Shown here in pieces: positions 37,420-49,519 of a DNA stretch of 64,000 bases. The notes under the pieces are model-generated. The model was not told where the DNA came from, ran no database searches, and was given only the letters and a program-made list of their open reading frames with translations. Position 1 is the first letter of the stretch; every line of letters starts with the position of its first letter. The stretch comes from Arenicellales bacterium (lineage in GTDB: Bacteria; Pseudomonadota; Gammaproteobacteria; Arenicellales; JAJDZL01), in NCBI GenBank assembly GCA_965200545.1, contig CBDAUJ010000001.1:175641-239640 (forward strand), written 5' to 3'. The translations under genes and the position numbers were made by a program.

Positions 37420-39015
37420 ATGACCGTGCTGATCTTGATCATCGCTCTGGGTGCCGGACTCATTTTCCGGCAGTTTGGGTTTCCTCCGCTGCTCGGTTAT
37501 CTGGCAGCTGGATTTGCCGCAAATTATTTTGGTTTGGGTGATGTCGAGACCATTCGGCAACTGGCAGATATTGGCATTACACTGCTGCTGTTTACAATCG
37601 GCCTGAAGCTCAACTTGAAGGAACTGACGCAGATTCAGGTCTGGGGAACTGCGTCGATTCACATGGTACTTGTTTGCGTTTTGACGTTGCCGCTCATCTT
37701 TGGCATGACCGGCTGGTTTCCGTCGCTGGCAGTGGACAGTCTTGTGGCGATTTGGGTGCTGGCGTTCGCATTGACCTTTTCAAGCACGGTATTTGCAGTC
37801 AAGATATTTGAACAAAGAGGCGATACTACTTCGCTGCATGCCTCCATTGCGATCGGCATATTGATCATTCAGGATCTGTTTGCCGTAGGTTTTTTGGTAT
37901 TTGCCGGCGGCCAGATACCCAGCGTCTGGGCGCTTGGCCTGCTGGCGCTGCCTGTTTTGCGGCCGCTGCTCATACGTATTCTTGATCGGACCGGCTATGG
38001 GGAATTGCTGGTGCTGTTCGGTGTTGCAGCGGCTTTAGGCGCCTATGAGCTGTTTGAGCTGGTCAATCTCAAAGGCGACTTGGGTGCGCTGCTGCTTGGT
38101 GTCATGATGGGTCAGTCGCACAAATCGAAGGAACTCTACAAAAGCCTGATTTCATTGAAAGACCTTTTTCTGATCGGATTCTTTCTGCAAATCGGCTTTT
38201 ATCAGAATCTGTCTTTGCAGATGGTTCTGGCAGCTGCGATCTTGTCACTGCTGATATTCCTGCGGCCGGTGATTTACTATCTGCTGCTGACAGGATTCGG
38301 TCTTCGAGCGCGAACTTCCTTTTTGACCAGCATGGCACTGTTCAACTACTCAGAGTTTGGCCTGATCGTTGGCGCTATTGCCGTGTCAGCAGGCCTGCTC
38401 GAGCCGCAATGGCTGCCAACGCTGGCGCTGGCATTGGCAATTTCATTTTTCATTGCGACACCGGTGAATACTCAAGTGCATGAGATCTACGGCCGCATCA
38501 GCGATTTCCTCAAGCGGGTTGAGAATATCCGTCGGCTTAAGCGGGATCAGTATGCAATGCTCGGCGAGGCCGAGTATGTTGTACTTGGCATGGGACGCGT
38601 AGGGCGCGGCGTTTATGATATTCTGACTCAGCACTATGGTGACCGGGTCATCGGTGTTGAGGAAGATCTGGATCGGGCCAATCAGTTGCGGCACGATGGC
38701 ATTCAATGCATCCATGCGGATGCAACGGACTACGAATTCTGGATTGATGCCGACCTGGCCAAGCGGCGTATGATTTTTGTCAATTTCAGCAACCATCATG
38801 AGAATCTGCAAGTTGTCGAGCTGGCCAATCGATTGCACTACGGCGGCGAGCTGGCTGTAATATCCAGATACCCGGAGCATAAGTCCGAACTGGAGCAGCT
38901 CGGCTGCATAACCTTCAATTTGTATGCCGAGGCGGGGCACGGTTTCGCGCAGCATGTTCTGCAGGACATCGAGAAAAGAGAGTCTGGCCGTGCGCCATTG
39001 AGCAATCGAAATTAG
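37420..39015 (+). CDS. Cation:proton antiporter (Kef/YbaL type) with a C-terminal RCK/TrkA-N domain
   Basis: CPA2 membrane domain (GFPPLLGYLAAG, ADIGITLLLFTIGLKL) followed by a Rossmann motif LGMGRVGRGV. GAGGA sits 9 nt before the ATG at 37420. Confidence 0.85.
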   Translation: MTVLILIIALGAGLIFRQFGFPPLLGYLAAGFAANYFGLGDVETIRQLADIGITLLLFTIGLKLNLKELTQIQVWGTASIHMVLVCVLTLPLIFGMTGWFPSLAVDSLVAIWVLAFALTFSSTVFAVKIFEQRGDTTSLHASIAIGILIIQDLFAVGFLVFAGGQIPSVWALGLLALPVLRPLLIRILDRTGYGELLVLFGVAAALGAYELFELVNLKGDLGALLLGVMMGQSHKSKELYKSLISLKDLFLIGFFLQIGFYQNLSLQMVLAAAILSLLIFLRPVIYYLLLTGFGLRARTSFLTSMALFNYSEFGLIVGAIAVSAGLLEPQWLPTLALALAISFFIATPVNTQVHEIYGRISDFLKRVENIRRLKRDQYAMLGEAEYVVLGMGRVGRGVYDILTQHYGDRVIGVEEDLDRANQLRHDGIQCIHADATDYEFWIDADLAKRRMIFVNFSNHHENLQVVELANRLHYGGELAVISRYPEHKSELEQLGCITFNLYAEAGHGFAQHVLQDIEKRESGRAPLSNRN

Positions 39016-39176
39016 ATGTGCGCCGCGTATGGGCGAATCAGTGGGCAAGCCGCCGCGCCGCGCGAGCGTATTTTTAATTTCAGGTGGTTTGCCAGGTGCT
39101 ACAATAACGTCTGATCATGATGCGATAGCAAACGTCGGCACAATGAGCGCCGAATCAGCAGCGAGGTAAAATTTCG

Positions 39177-40997
39177 ATGGCATGGCAGCGAAAAATACTG
39201 AGAGTCAACTTGACGGAAGGCCGAGCTCAGGCTGAGCCGCTCAACATGGAGTGGGCACAGCAATATTTGGGTGAGCGCGGGCTCGGTTCGAAATATCTTT
39301 ATGAGAACATGGATCCTACCGTGGATGCGCTCGCGCCGGAGAATGTCCTGATCTTCGCAACGGGACCGCTGACCGGGACGAATGCATCGACTTCCGGGCG
39401 CTACGCCGTCATTACCAAGGGCGCCTTGACGGATGCGATCGCGTGTTCGAATTCAGGCGGCAAATTCGGCGCTGAGCTTAAATTTGCCGGCTATGACTTG
39501 TTGCTGCTTGAGGGCCGAGCGCTGCAGCCGAGCTATTTGAAAATCTACGATGATGCAGTTGAAATTCTGCCCGCTGATGAGATCTGGGGCAAGTCGGTCT
39601 GGGATACCGAAGCCTGGCTGAAATCCTATCACCAGGATCCGCTGATGAAGATCGCGTCAATCGGTGTGGCGGGTGAGAACCTGGTACGCTTTGCCTGCGT
39701 TGTGAACGACTTGCATCGTGCCGCAGGGCGATCCGGTGTCGGCGCCGTGATGGGCTCGAAAAACTTGAAAGCGATTGCAGTCCGCGGCACAGTCGGCGTA
39801 ACGGTTGACAATCCCAAAAAGTTCATGCAGGTGGTCAAAGAAAGCAAAGCCAAGCTTGCGGCCAGCGACAACGTCAATGGCCTCACTGAATACGGCACCA
39901 ACGCCATGATTGACATGATGCAGGAATTCGGCGGCCTGCCAACTCGAAATTTCCAGGAGGTCCAGTTTGAAGGCGTGGACAAAGTCAATCCGGCAGCGAT
40001 GACAGAAGTCAAGCCGAACGGGCATAAGAATCTGCTGACCAACAAGGCCTGCTTTGGCTGCACCATCGCGTGTGGTCGCATCGCGCAGATTGACAAGGAC
40101 CATTTCACCATTTCGAATCGCCCCGAGTACTGGCATGCCAGTGGCGGGCTTGAATACGAAACGGCGTTCGCATTCGGCCCCGATTGCGGCATTGATGACA
40201 TCGATGCACTGACTTTTGCCGGATTCATCATGAATGAGCAGGGCATGGATCCCATCTCATTCGGCGGGACTTTGGCAGCTGCGATGGAGCTGTACGAGAT
40301 GGGTGTAATCACCGATGCGGACACCGATGGTGTTGCGCTGAATTTTGGCAATTCTGAGGCTTTGACAATCATGGCTGAGAAGACTGGCAAATACGAAGGT
40401 TTTGGTCAGATTCTGGGGATGGGATCGCGCCGCATGTGTGAAAAATATGGCCATCCGGAATTGTCCATGACGGTGAAAGGGCAGGAGTTTGCGGGCTATG
40501 ACTCGCGCGCTTTGCAAGGCATGGGTCTTGGCTATGCAACCAGCAGCCGCGGTGCCTGCCATATGAAACACGATGTGTTTGGTCCCGATATGGAAGACCA
40601 GTCGGGCAGTGGCAAAGCGGCGCCGACCAAGCAGTCACAGGACGAAATCTCAATTATTGATTCGGTCGGCCTGTGCATATTCACTGCGTCAGGCTGGGGC
40701 TTTGGAGATTATCAGGCGCAAATCGATGCAGCGTGCGAGGGCGACTGGTCGCTGGAGCGGCTGCATGAGACGGGTGAGAGAATCTGGAATCTGGAGCGCC
40801 AGTACAATCTCGCTGCAGGCTTCACCAAAGACGATGACTCGCTGCCGAAGCGAATGCTGAATGAGCCAGCGAAATCTGGCATGGCAAAGGGGAAAGTCAG
40901 CGAGCTGGACAAAATGCTGCCCGAGTATTATGCGGCCCGCGGCTGGACCGAAGAAGGCGTTCCAACAGCCGAGACTCTGGAACGGCTTGGTCTTTAG
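39177..40997 (+). CDS. aor: Aldehyde:ferredoxin oxidoreductase family (tungstopterin enzyme)
   Basis: 606 aa. The N-terminus reads ..ILRVNLTEG......EWAQQYLGERGLGSKYLY. The [4Fe-4S] ligand motif CFGCTIAC is present, along with AOR-family domains 2 and 3. Confidence 0.9.
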   Translation: MAWQRKILRVNLTEGRAQAEPLNMEWAQQYLGERGLGSKYLYENMDPTVDALAPENVLIFATGPLTGTNASTSGRYAVITKGALTDAIACSNSGGKFGAELKFAGYDLLLLEGRALQPSYLKIYDDAVEILPADEIWGKSVWDTEAWLKSYHQDPLMKIASIGVAGENLVRFACVVNDLHRAAGRSGVGAVMGSKNLKAIAVRGTVGVTVDNPKKFMQVVKESKAKLAASDNVNGLTEYGTNAMIDMMQEFGGLPTRNFQEVQFEGVDKVNPAAMTEVKPNGHKNLLTNKACFGCTIACGRIAQIDKDHFTISNRPEYWHASGGLEYETAFAFGPDCGIDDIDALTFAGFIMNEQGMDPISFGGTLAAAMELYEMGVITDADTDGVALNFGNSEALTIMAEKTGKYEGFGQILGMGSRRMCEKYGHPELSMTVKGQEFAGYDSRALQGMGLGYATSSRGACHMKHDVFGPDMEDQSGSGKAAPTKQSQDEISIIDSVGLCIFTASGWGFGDYQAQIDAACEGDWSLERLHETGERIWNLERQYNLAAGFTKDDDSLPKRMLNEPAKSGMAKGKVSELDKMLPEYYAARGWTEEGVPTAETLERLGL

Positions 40998-41009
40998 GCC
41001 ATTGGGCTT

Positions 41010-41261
41010 ATGCAAGTTTCCGTCAAAATGGTCGGCTCGTTCGCAAAGCTGCTGCCTGAAAACGCCACTGGCGGAGTCGCGCAGCTCGAGGTGACCGAGA
41101 AAACCAGTCTAAGCGCTCTGGCACGGCAGCTCAACGTGCCGACCGACAATCCTTGCATTGTTTCGGTGAATGATCAGATTGTGCCGACCGCCGAGCGTGA
41201 CACACGCTATCTTGCGGCTGACGACCACATAAAAATAATTCCGCCGCTCAAAGGCGGGTGA
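41010..41261 (+). CDS. MoaD/ThiS-family ubiquitin-like protein ending in Gly-Gly
   Basis: 83 aa ending in ..IKIIPPLKGG*. It starts 12 nt downstream of aor. Confidence 0.7.
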   Translation: MQVSVKMVGSFAKLLPENATGGVAQLEVTEKTSLSALARQLNVPTDNPCIVSVNDQIVPTAERDTRYLAADDHIKIIPPLKGG

Positions 41262-41335
41262 TTGCGTGGCTTTCTGAGTCAAGTCCGCATTCAGAATATT
41301 CCGATTGCGGTGCCGCGTTCGAGCGGTGCGCGAAT

Positions 41336-42577
41336 CTACCGGCTTTGCGGCCGGGCTTGTCTTCGAGTTTGCCGACTCAGCAAGTCTTCCAGTCCCTTCT
41401 TGAGCCGACCGACCCCATTGATCGCTGTTTCAGGTTCGAGCGCGGCATAAGAAACACGCAGCGATTTTGAGTTGGGGATGCCGAACGCACTGCCTGGAAT
41501 CACCGCCACTTGGTGTTTCTCGATCAAGAATTTAACCGCCTCAAAATCAGAGCACTGCAGCCCATTGAGGGTAATGAATGCGTAAAACGCCCCTTGCAGC
41601 GGACCGTGCACAAGTCCATCAATGGAGTGCAGGGCGCTGTCAAGATGATGCCGCACAGATTCGATGCGCTTTATTCTGGGCGCACCGTACGCCCGTCCCA
41701 GCTTCAGGCACTCAATCGCGGCGTATTGACTGATCACAGCGGGACAGATCAGATTGGTGTCTTGGATCTTTCGAACCGGCCGCAGCAGCGCTTTGGGGAT
41801 GACGGCGTAACCGATTCGCCAGTTGGCCAGTCCAAAGCTTTTGCTGGTCGAAAACAGAGAAATCGTGTGGTTGTGCGCCTGTTCGCGTGAAGCCGGCGAA
41901 TAGTGGATGTTGCCATCGTAACAAAAGTATTCGTACGCCTCATCATGAATATGAAAAACTTCATGCTCGGCACACAGCTGATTGATTGCATCCAAGGTTT
42001 CGGAGCTGTATACAACACCAGTCGGATTATTGGGTGATACAGTTACGATCGCCCTGGTTTTTGCACCAATCGCCGCTTTGATCAGATCGATGTCAGGCTG
42101 AAAATTAGGATCTGTACTGATTGAGATCGGAATGCAGTTTGCGATGCGAATCGCCATTTCGTGATTAAAGTACCATGGCTTGAGCACAATCACTTCATCG
42201 CCCGGGTCACAGATGCTCAGCACCGCGTTCAAAAACCCCATATTGCTTCCGGCGCTGACGACAACGCAATAACGGCTGGCGTCAATCCCGTTTTCGTCTT
42301 GAATTTTCTGCTCAATCCGTCTGCGCAATTGCGGGATGCCTTCGACAGCGGCGTAGCTATGGGAGTTCGTCTTTGAGAATTCTCTGATTCCGTCGCATAT
42401 TTCTTGCGGCGGCCGGTAGTAGACAACCCCTTGTCCGAGTGAGATGGTTCCGGGGTTTGCCTCGATCAGATCAGCGACTTCCGGAATGATCGGCGCCTGA
42501 ACTTGCTGTATTCGCTGTGAAGTCAGTTGCATGTGGCTTGCCGCAAGGCGTTCTGAAAAAGTGACGGTTTCCGTCAC
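41336..42577 (-). CDS. PLP-dependent aminotransferase, class I/II
   Basis: Fold-type I motifs (SAGSNMGF, IHDEAYEYF, FSTSKSFGLANWRIGY, the last containing the PLP Lys). Confidence 0.85.
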   Translation of the reverse strand: MTETVTFSERLAASHMQLTSQRIQQVQAPIIPEVADLIEANPGTISLGQGVVYYRPPQEICDGIREFSKTNSHSYAAVEGIPQLRRRIEQKIQDENGIDASRYCVVVSAGSNMGFLNAVLSICDPGDEVIVLKPWYFNHEMAIRIANCIPISISTDPNFQPDIDLIKAAIGAKTRAIVTVSPNNPTGVVYSSETLDAINQLCAEHEVFHIHDEAYEYFCYDGNIHYSPASREQAHNHTISLFSTSKSFGLANWRIGYAVIPKALLRPVRKIQDTNLICPAVISQYAAIECLKLGRAYGAPRIKRIESVRHHLDSALHSIDGLVHGPLQGAFYAFITLNGLQCSDFEAVKFLIEKHQVAVIPGSAFGIPNSKSLRVSYAALEPETAINGVGRLKKGLEDLLSRQTRRQARPQSR

Positions 42578-42823
42578 CGCACTGAAGTGGCGTATTATGC
42601 TTTTTTTGAGGCTTGTCGGCTAGGCCTGTTTTTGGCCAGCGCCGCTGCAGTGTGGGTCCAGGTGCGCAGCGGTTCGCGACATCGGCAGTGTCACCGCTGT
42701 GCAATCCGATAAAATCACCGCTTTTCCTGCTTGGATTGCAAAGTTGTGGCAGATGTTGCACAAGGTGTTTGCTGGCAACACATTGCAATGCGTTGGAATT
42801 TCACCATTTTTGAGGATAAACCT

Positions 42824-43204
42824 ATGGACAGCAATTTGCTTGAATTGGGGCTGCAGCAAAGAAGAGCGACGCTGGGTGAGGATTATGTGAACCGCAACTT
42901 GGCCGACTCGGATGACTTTACGCGTCCATTCCAGGAAGCGATGACAGCCTGGTGCTGGGGCTTCGGCTGGGGGGATCAGGCGATTGATCCGAAAACTCGA
43001 TCGATGATGAACTTGGCCATGCTCGGGGCCTTGGGGAAAATGAACGAATGGGAAATCCATTGTCGCGGCGCGCTTGCGAATGGGGTTTCGGTCGAGCAGA
43101 TCCGGGCCATCATCCATGTCATCGGGATTTATTGCGGCGTTCCGCAGAGCCTGGAGTGTTTTCGCGCCGCACGAAAAGTGCTCGAAGAGTACAACTTGCT
43201 GTAA
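42824..43204 (+). CDS. Carboxymuconolactone decarboxylase family protein (PcaC-like)
   Basis: CMD-domain motifs (..FQEAMTAWCWG..W......D.KTRSMMNLAMLGALG...E...H...A..NG.S.EQIRA...). GAGGA precedes the ATG at 42824. Confidence 0.85.
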   Translation: MDSNLLELGLQQRRATLGEDYVNRNLADSDDFTRPFQEAMTAWCWGFGWGDQAIDPKTRSMMNLAMLGALGKMNEWEIHCRGALANGVSVEQIRAIIHVIGIYCGVPQSLECFRAARKVLEEYNLL

Positions 43205-43252
43205 TCTTGCGGCACCATTATCGATTCATGAGATTCAGAATTAGGAAGACAT

Positions 43253-44296
43253 ATGAGATACAAAAACTTAGGTGATTCTGACATTCGAGTCAGCGAAATT
43301 TGCCTTGGCAGCATGACCTGGGGCACTCAAAATAAAGAGGCTGAAGGTCATGCCCAGATGGACTATGCGATAGACCATGAGGTCAACTTTATCGATACCG
43401 CCGAGATGTATCCTGTCAATCCTTGGCGGGTTGAAACGGCGGGACGAACTGAACAGATCATTGGCACGTGGCTGGCATCCCGCAAGAATCGCAGCGATGT
43501 GATTCTTGCGACAAAAATAGTGGGTGCGGGCTCAAAGATACGCAACGGCTCTGTTGTCGACCGGACATCCATACAGACGGCTGTCGAGGAGAGTCTGCGG
43601 CGTTTGCAGACCGATTACATCGATTTGTATCAAATTCATTGGCCGAATCGCCGGTCTTATCATTTTCGTCAGTCGTGGACGTTTGATCCGTCAGAGCAAA
43701 ACGCAGCGGCGACTCGATCCTATATTTCGGAAGCTCTGGAGGCTCTGGACAGGCTCATCCGCGCTGGAAAAATCCGAACGATCGGTTTATCCAATGAGTC
43801 TTGCTGGGGCGCCGCCCAATTCGTTTCCACCGCCGCCGCGAATACGCTTCCCAAAGTGGTCAGCATTCAAAACGAGTACAGTCTGCTGGACCGAAAATAC
43901 GATCTGGATCTCGCTGAGCTGTCCATCAATGAGAATGTCGGGCTGTTGTCATTTTCGCCAATGGCAGCCGGTATTCTAAGCGGCAAGTATCAGGGCAACA
44001 AAACGCCGACGGGCTCACGCCGCACATTTTCTGGCGATCTTGGCGGACGTTACAACGAATATGTGATTCCAGTCGTAGACGAATATCTTAAAGTCGCGCG
44101 GCGACATCGGATTGATCCTTGCCAGATGGCAGTCGCGTTCTGCTGCTCGCGGCCCTTCATGACATCGACAATCATTGGCTCGACGACGATGGCGCAACTG
44201 AGAAATGCCATTGATGCGGCTGATATTGCACTCAGCGATGAGATTGTCAGCGAGATTAATCAGGTGCACCGAAAGTCACCGAATCCGATGGGGTGA
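43253..44296 (+). CDS. tas: NADP(H)-dependent aldo/keto reductase, Tas-like
   Basis: 347 aa, colinear with E. coli Tas (LGSMTWG.QN.EAEGHAQMDYA....NFIDTAEMYPV; LQTDYIDLYQIHWP; GLSNE). Confidence 0.85.
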   Translation: MRYKNLGDSDIRVSEICLGSMTWGTQNKEAEGHAQMDYAIDHEVNFIDTAEMYPVNPWRVETAGRTEQIIGTWLASRKNRSDVILATKIVGAGSKIRNGSVVDRTSIQTAVEESLRRLQTDYIDLYQIHWPNRRSYHFRQSWTFDPSEQNAAATRSYISEALEALDRLIRAGKIRTIGLSNESCWGAAQFVSTAAANTLPKVVSIQNEYSLLDRKYDLDLAELSINENVGLLSFSPMAAGILSGKYQGNKTPTGSRRTFSGDLGGRYNEYVIPVVDEYLKVARRHRIDPCQMAVAFCCSRPFMTSTIIGSTTMAQLRNAIDAADIALSDEIVSEINQVHRKSPNPMG

Positions 44297-44635
44297 CTTT
44301 CCGCAGATTGGTTGCTGCGGCGATCGTGCCAAGCGAGTCTAATTTGAAAACCGGATAGATGTGATGCTGTATGGGGGTCGGTTCGAGCGCACATACAATG
44401 GCCAAGCGCAATGGAGCGCGTCGGCTGAGGGTGTCGCCGGCGAAATTCAGCGAAAAATTCTGCCGTCTGGAGAGGCGGCAGAGCAGGTTTGCTCAAGTGA
44501 CTTGCTGAAGGGTTGTGATCGATGCCGGAGCGGCGCGCCTGCGGGCTTTGAGGCATGGGCTGAAAAATCATGTCTCAACCCTGTGACCCCATTCCAGCCG
44601 GCGGACTCTCCGGCGCATGCGATGGCCTGCCCGAA

Positions 44636-46569
<1,934 letters not shown>

Positions 46570-46577
<8 letters not shown>

Positions 46578-48744
46578 AAAAGTTCTCTTGTCGTGTGGTT
46601 GAGTGCTGTGAGTCGAATGAATCGCTCAAATCAAAGTGCAAGGACTCTGCGGCCAGCAGCGGCGGTACAAAAGCAGTCACCGACGGCGCATCGCCATTGT
46701 ATTTTTCACGCTGGACCAGACAGGTCAGGGCAGCCGGACCTTGTGCCAGATTGGATGTCGCTCTGTCGTGCGTAACCAGATTGGGATTGCTGTGCTTGCA
46801 CGTATGGCGCTTCTCGGCCAGGCCAGCCGGATCAAACCATGCGCCGGTTGCAATCTGCAATACCCCGGGACGCATGTTCTCGTACAACTTCGCCGCTGCC
46901 AGAAAGGTGCCGCGGTCGTTGAAAACGCGCACGGTATTGCCAGATTCGATGCCACGCTTTCGGGCATCATCGGAATGCATGCGAATCTGTTCTCTGCCAT
47001 TGACCTTGTGCGCGCAACTGAATTGTCCGTGATCCAGCTGCGAGTGCAGCCTGACAGCCAGCTGATTCGAAATCAGGTGCAAGTGATCCGGCTGGGCGTT
47101 GTTGCCGCTCAGCCATTCGCGCAGCTCCAGCCATTGGGCATAGCCTGGGAAATCGGGTTCACCGAGCGCCGCGACCGTTTCGGAAAACAACTTGATTTTG
47201 CCACTCGGTGTTCGCAGCGGGCAGCGGTCTGGGTCGTCGCGAAAGTCTTGGAGCATGATGGTGGGCTGCTGCGGCGGTGGAATTCGAAACCAGCCGCTTT
47301 CGACAAAATTGTCATACTCGAGCATTTGCGATATACCACTGCGCGGATTAGCCTTAGTCTTCTCATAGAGAAAGCGCAGCCACTGATCGCTGTAGTGGTT
47401 TTCCGTGAATCTGTCATGCACGCCGAGCCGCTCGGCCAATGCCGTGAAGATGTCGAAGTCCGTCTTTGATTCTGCGTAAGGTGCGAGAATCTGGTCCATG
47501 CGCACCAAATGGCAATCTCTGGGTGAGGCACAGATATCGCTGCGCTCAAGCAAAGTTGCGATCGGCAGAACAATGTCGCTGCAGCGCACGGTGGCCGTCC
47601 AGCATGAATCGTGGACAATGGTGCATTTTGACTTGCGCCAGCCGCGGAGCAGTCGGTTGATATCCTGGTGATGATGAAACGGGTTGCCGCCAGCCCAATA
47701 GATCAGCTCGATATGCGGACCGGTGTAGGTTTGGCCGTTGTAGCGAAACTTGGAGCTCGGATGAAGCAGAATGTCGGCAACCCGGGTCACGGGGATGAAT
47801 GAATCAATGGGGTTGGTGCCGGTCGGCAAATTCTCAAAGCGTATAGTGCCGCTGGGACTGCCGGCTCCGTTCGTGGAACAATAGCCGATGCCGCCGCCCA
47901 CCAGGTGGCTGCGAAATCGATCGAAGCCAACGCAGCAGCGATCCAGAAATTCCTGATCATGCAAATCAAGTTTCACAATTTTGTGTGCGAGTGACAGCAT
48001 CAGTGCGGTATCTGTATACGGAACAAGCGGCAGCCACAAAGCATTGAGCGATTCGAAAGCATCGTTGCGTATGGAACTGATACTGACAAATTTGACGCCG
48101 TTGCTGACGGTGTCTTGCAGGTGTTGTTTTTGGACATGCTGGGCGTGCCCGCCGAACTCGACTTGTGAGTTCTTCAGAGGCAGACCGCCAAAAGCAACGA
48201 AAAGATCGGTGTACTTTGAGATCACCGGCCAGGCCGTGGTGTTGGCCAGCAGGTAAAGGAAATTGCCAATTACGTGCGGCAGCATGACTTCTGCAGCTGC
48301 GAAACTGTAGTTGTTCACAGAGCTTGTAAAGCCGCCAAAGCAGTTCAGAAACCGATGCAGCTGGCTTGGCGCGTGATGAGACTTGCCGGTGCTTGCCCAG
48401 CCGTAAGCGCCGGCATAGACTGCGCGATTGCCGTAACGCGACTCAATCTTTCGCAGTGCCTCGCCAACAATCTTTTCAGCCGTTTCCCCACAGACTTCAA
48501 CAAACGGCTCGCGCCCGGATGAATCGGCATCCAGTCCGCGGGCCAGGAAGCTTTCGCGTATCGACGGCCGCTTGATTCTGGCGGGGTAATCGCAGGTGTT
48601 GAGGAAGCCTTCAGCGATTGCCGATGGATCGGCTTCGGACTGCACGCCTTGCATTGCGATGAGTTGATCGTCTCTCAGTTGCGGGTGGTAGGCGCCCCAA
48701 TGGGTCGCGGTAATCAATGGGCGGCTGATTGATGCGGGCTTCAT
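46570..48744 (-). CDS. Molybdopterin oxidoreductase, cytoplasmic S-/N-oxide reductase type (BisC/TorZ-like)
   Basis: About 724 aa with no signal peptide and no N-terminal Cys cluster. BisC-like blocks are present ([39 protein letters not shown]). Its stop overlaps the acs ATG by 8 nt. I prefer the ATG at 48744 to the TTG at 48768. Confidence 0.85.
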
Positions 48745-49291
48745 CGCAGGCGAACCGGATTGCTGCAATCAGTCGAGTGCGAACTGTTCATGGCGCAGGA
48801 AACGCTGTCTTTTGCCATGTGTGCATCCAATCGGATCTAAGTGCCGGCCCCCAATGTGACCGGAGGTGATGTCTTGGCTTATCGAGAAATACACAACAAA
48901 TAATCTGCCGATTGCGAAATTATGTCGCTCTAGGAGCTGAGGATTCAACAGAACCGTCAACGCGCTTTGTGCAGCCAGAATTCAAAGCGCATTATAGTGG
49001 CCAGCCCCGCGCGGCGGGGCCACTGTCATCAAAAAAACTGATATGACGGTGGTTTTGAGTCGCCGGAAACCGTGTGCGCACCGGGAAAATCAGGTCGGTA
49101 TGCCACGCTGACGGACAGCACGGCAACTTCTAGAGCGCTGGAATGGGCACCAAAAAATCCAAGTCATTGTGGTCGCGGCTGGGCAGGTTTCAATTGAGGC
49201 TGATTTCAGCTGATTGCCCCGACCCCTTGAAATTGCAAAATTGCGCGCAACGCGCAGCTCGGTCTTACTCTTGTCATTTTCAAATCCCGGC

Positions 49292-49500
49292 TCACATTTC
49301 CCAGACAGTCACCTTGCGATCATCAAGCAATGCCGCACGCCGAAACATCCCCTTGCCCCAATATCTCTGCTCGGAACGGTCAAAGATCAGCAGATGACCA
49401 CCGCCGCGCCGCGCACCAGCGCGATGACTGCAAAGTAAAACCATTCACCTGTAGCCCAGCAATGGTGTGCCATGGCGCTCATGGCGCGTTCAGCTGCAGC
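49292..49500 (-). pseudogene. Degenerate C-terminal fragment of a second AAA-ATPase/PDDEXK_9-type gene (paralogue of 25717..27276)
   Basis: The minus strand reads ..GGGHLLIFDRSEQRYWGKGMFRRAALLDDRKVTVWEM*. The intact copy reads ..AAGHLVVFDRAERRSWDEKVFRREASAGSRKVTVWGM*. Upstream the homology fades and the frames break. Confidence 0.5.
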
Positions 49501-49519
49501 ATCTTGAGAAACATTCAGA

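Noticed and set aside
46636-47469. 277-codon plus-strand ORF, plus other long antisense ORFs (6691..7368, 17599..18198, 39629..40390, 53326..54105, 54175..54918, 57346..58206)
   Set aside because: Each lies entirely inside, and antisense to, a gene with strong family-specific motifs. Their translations are Arg- and Ala-rich with no recognisable domains.
48990-49035. GC-rich hairpin (GTGG..CCCCGC-GCG-GCGGGG-CCAC) followed by an A-run, considered as a terminator
   Set aside because: The A/T run is on the wrong side of the stem on both strands (hairpin then A-run on plus; T-run then hairpin on minus). It therefore does not fit an intrinsic terminator for either flanking gene.
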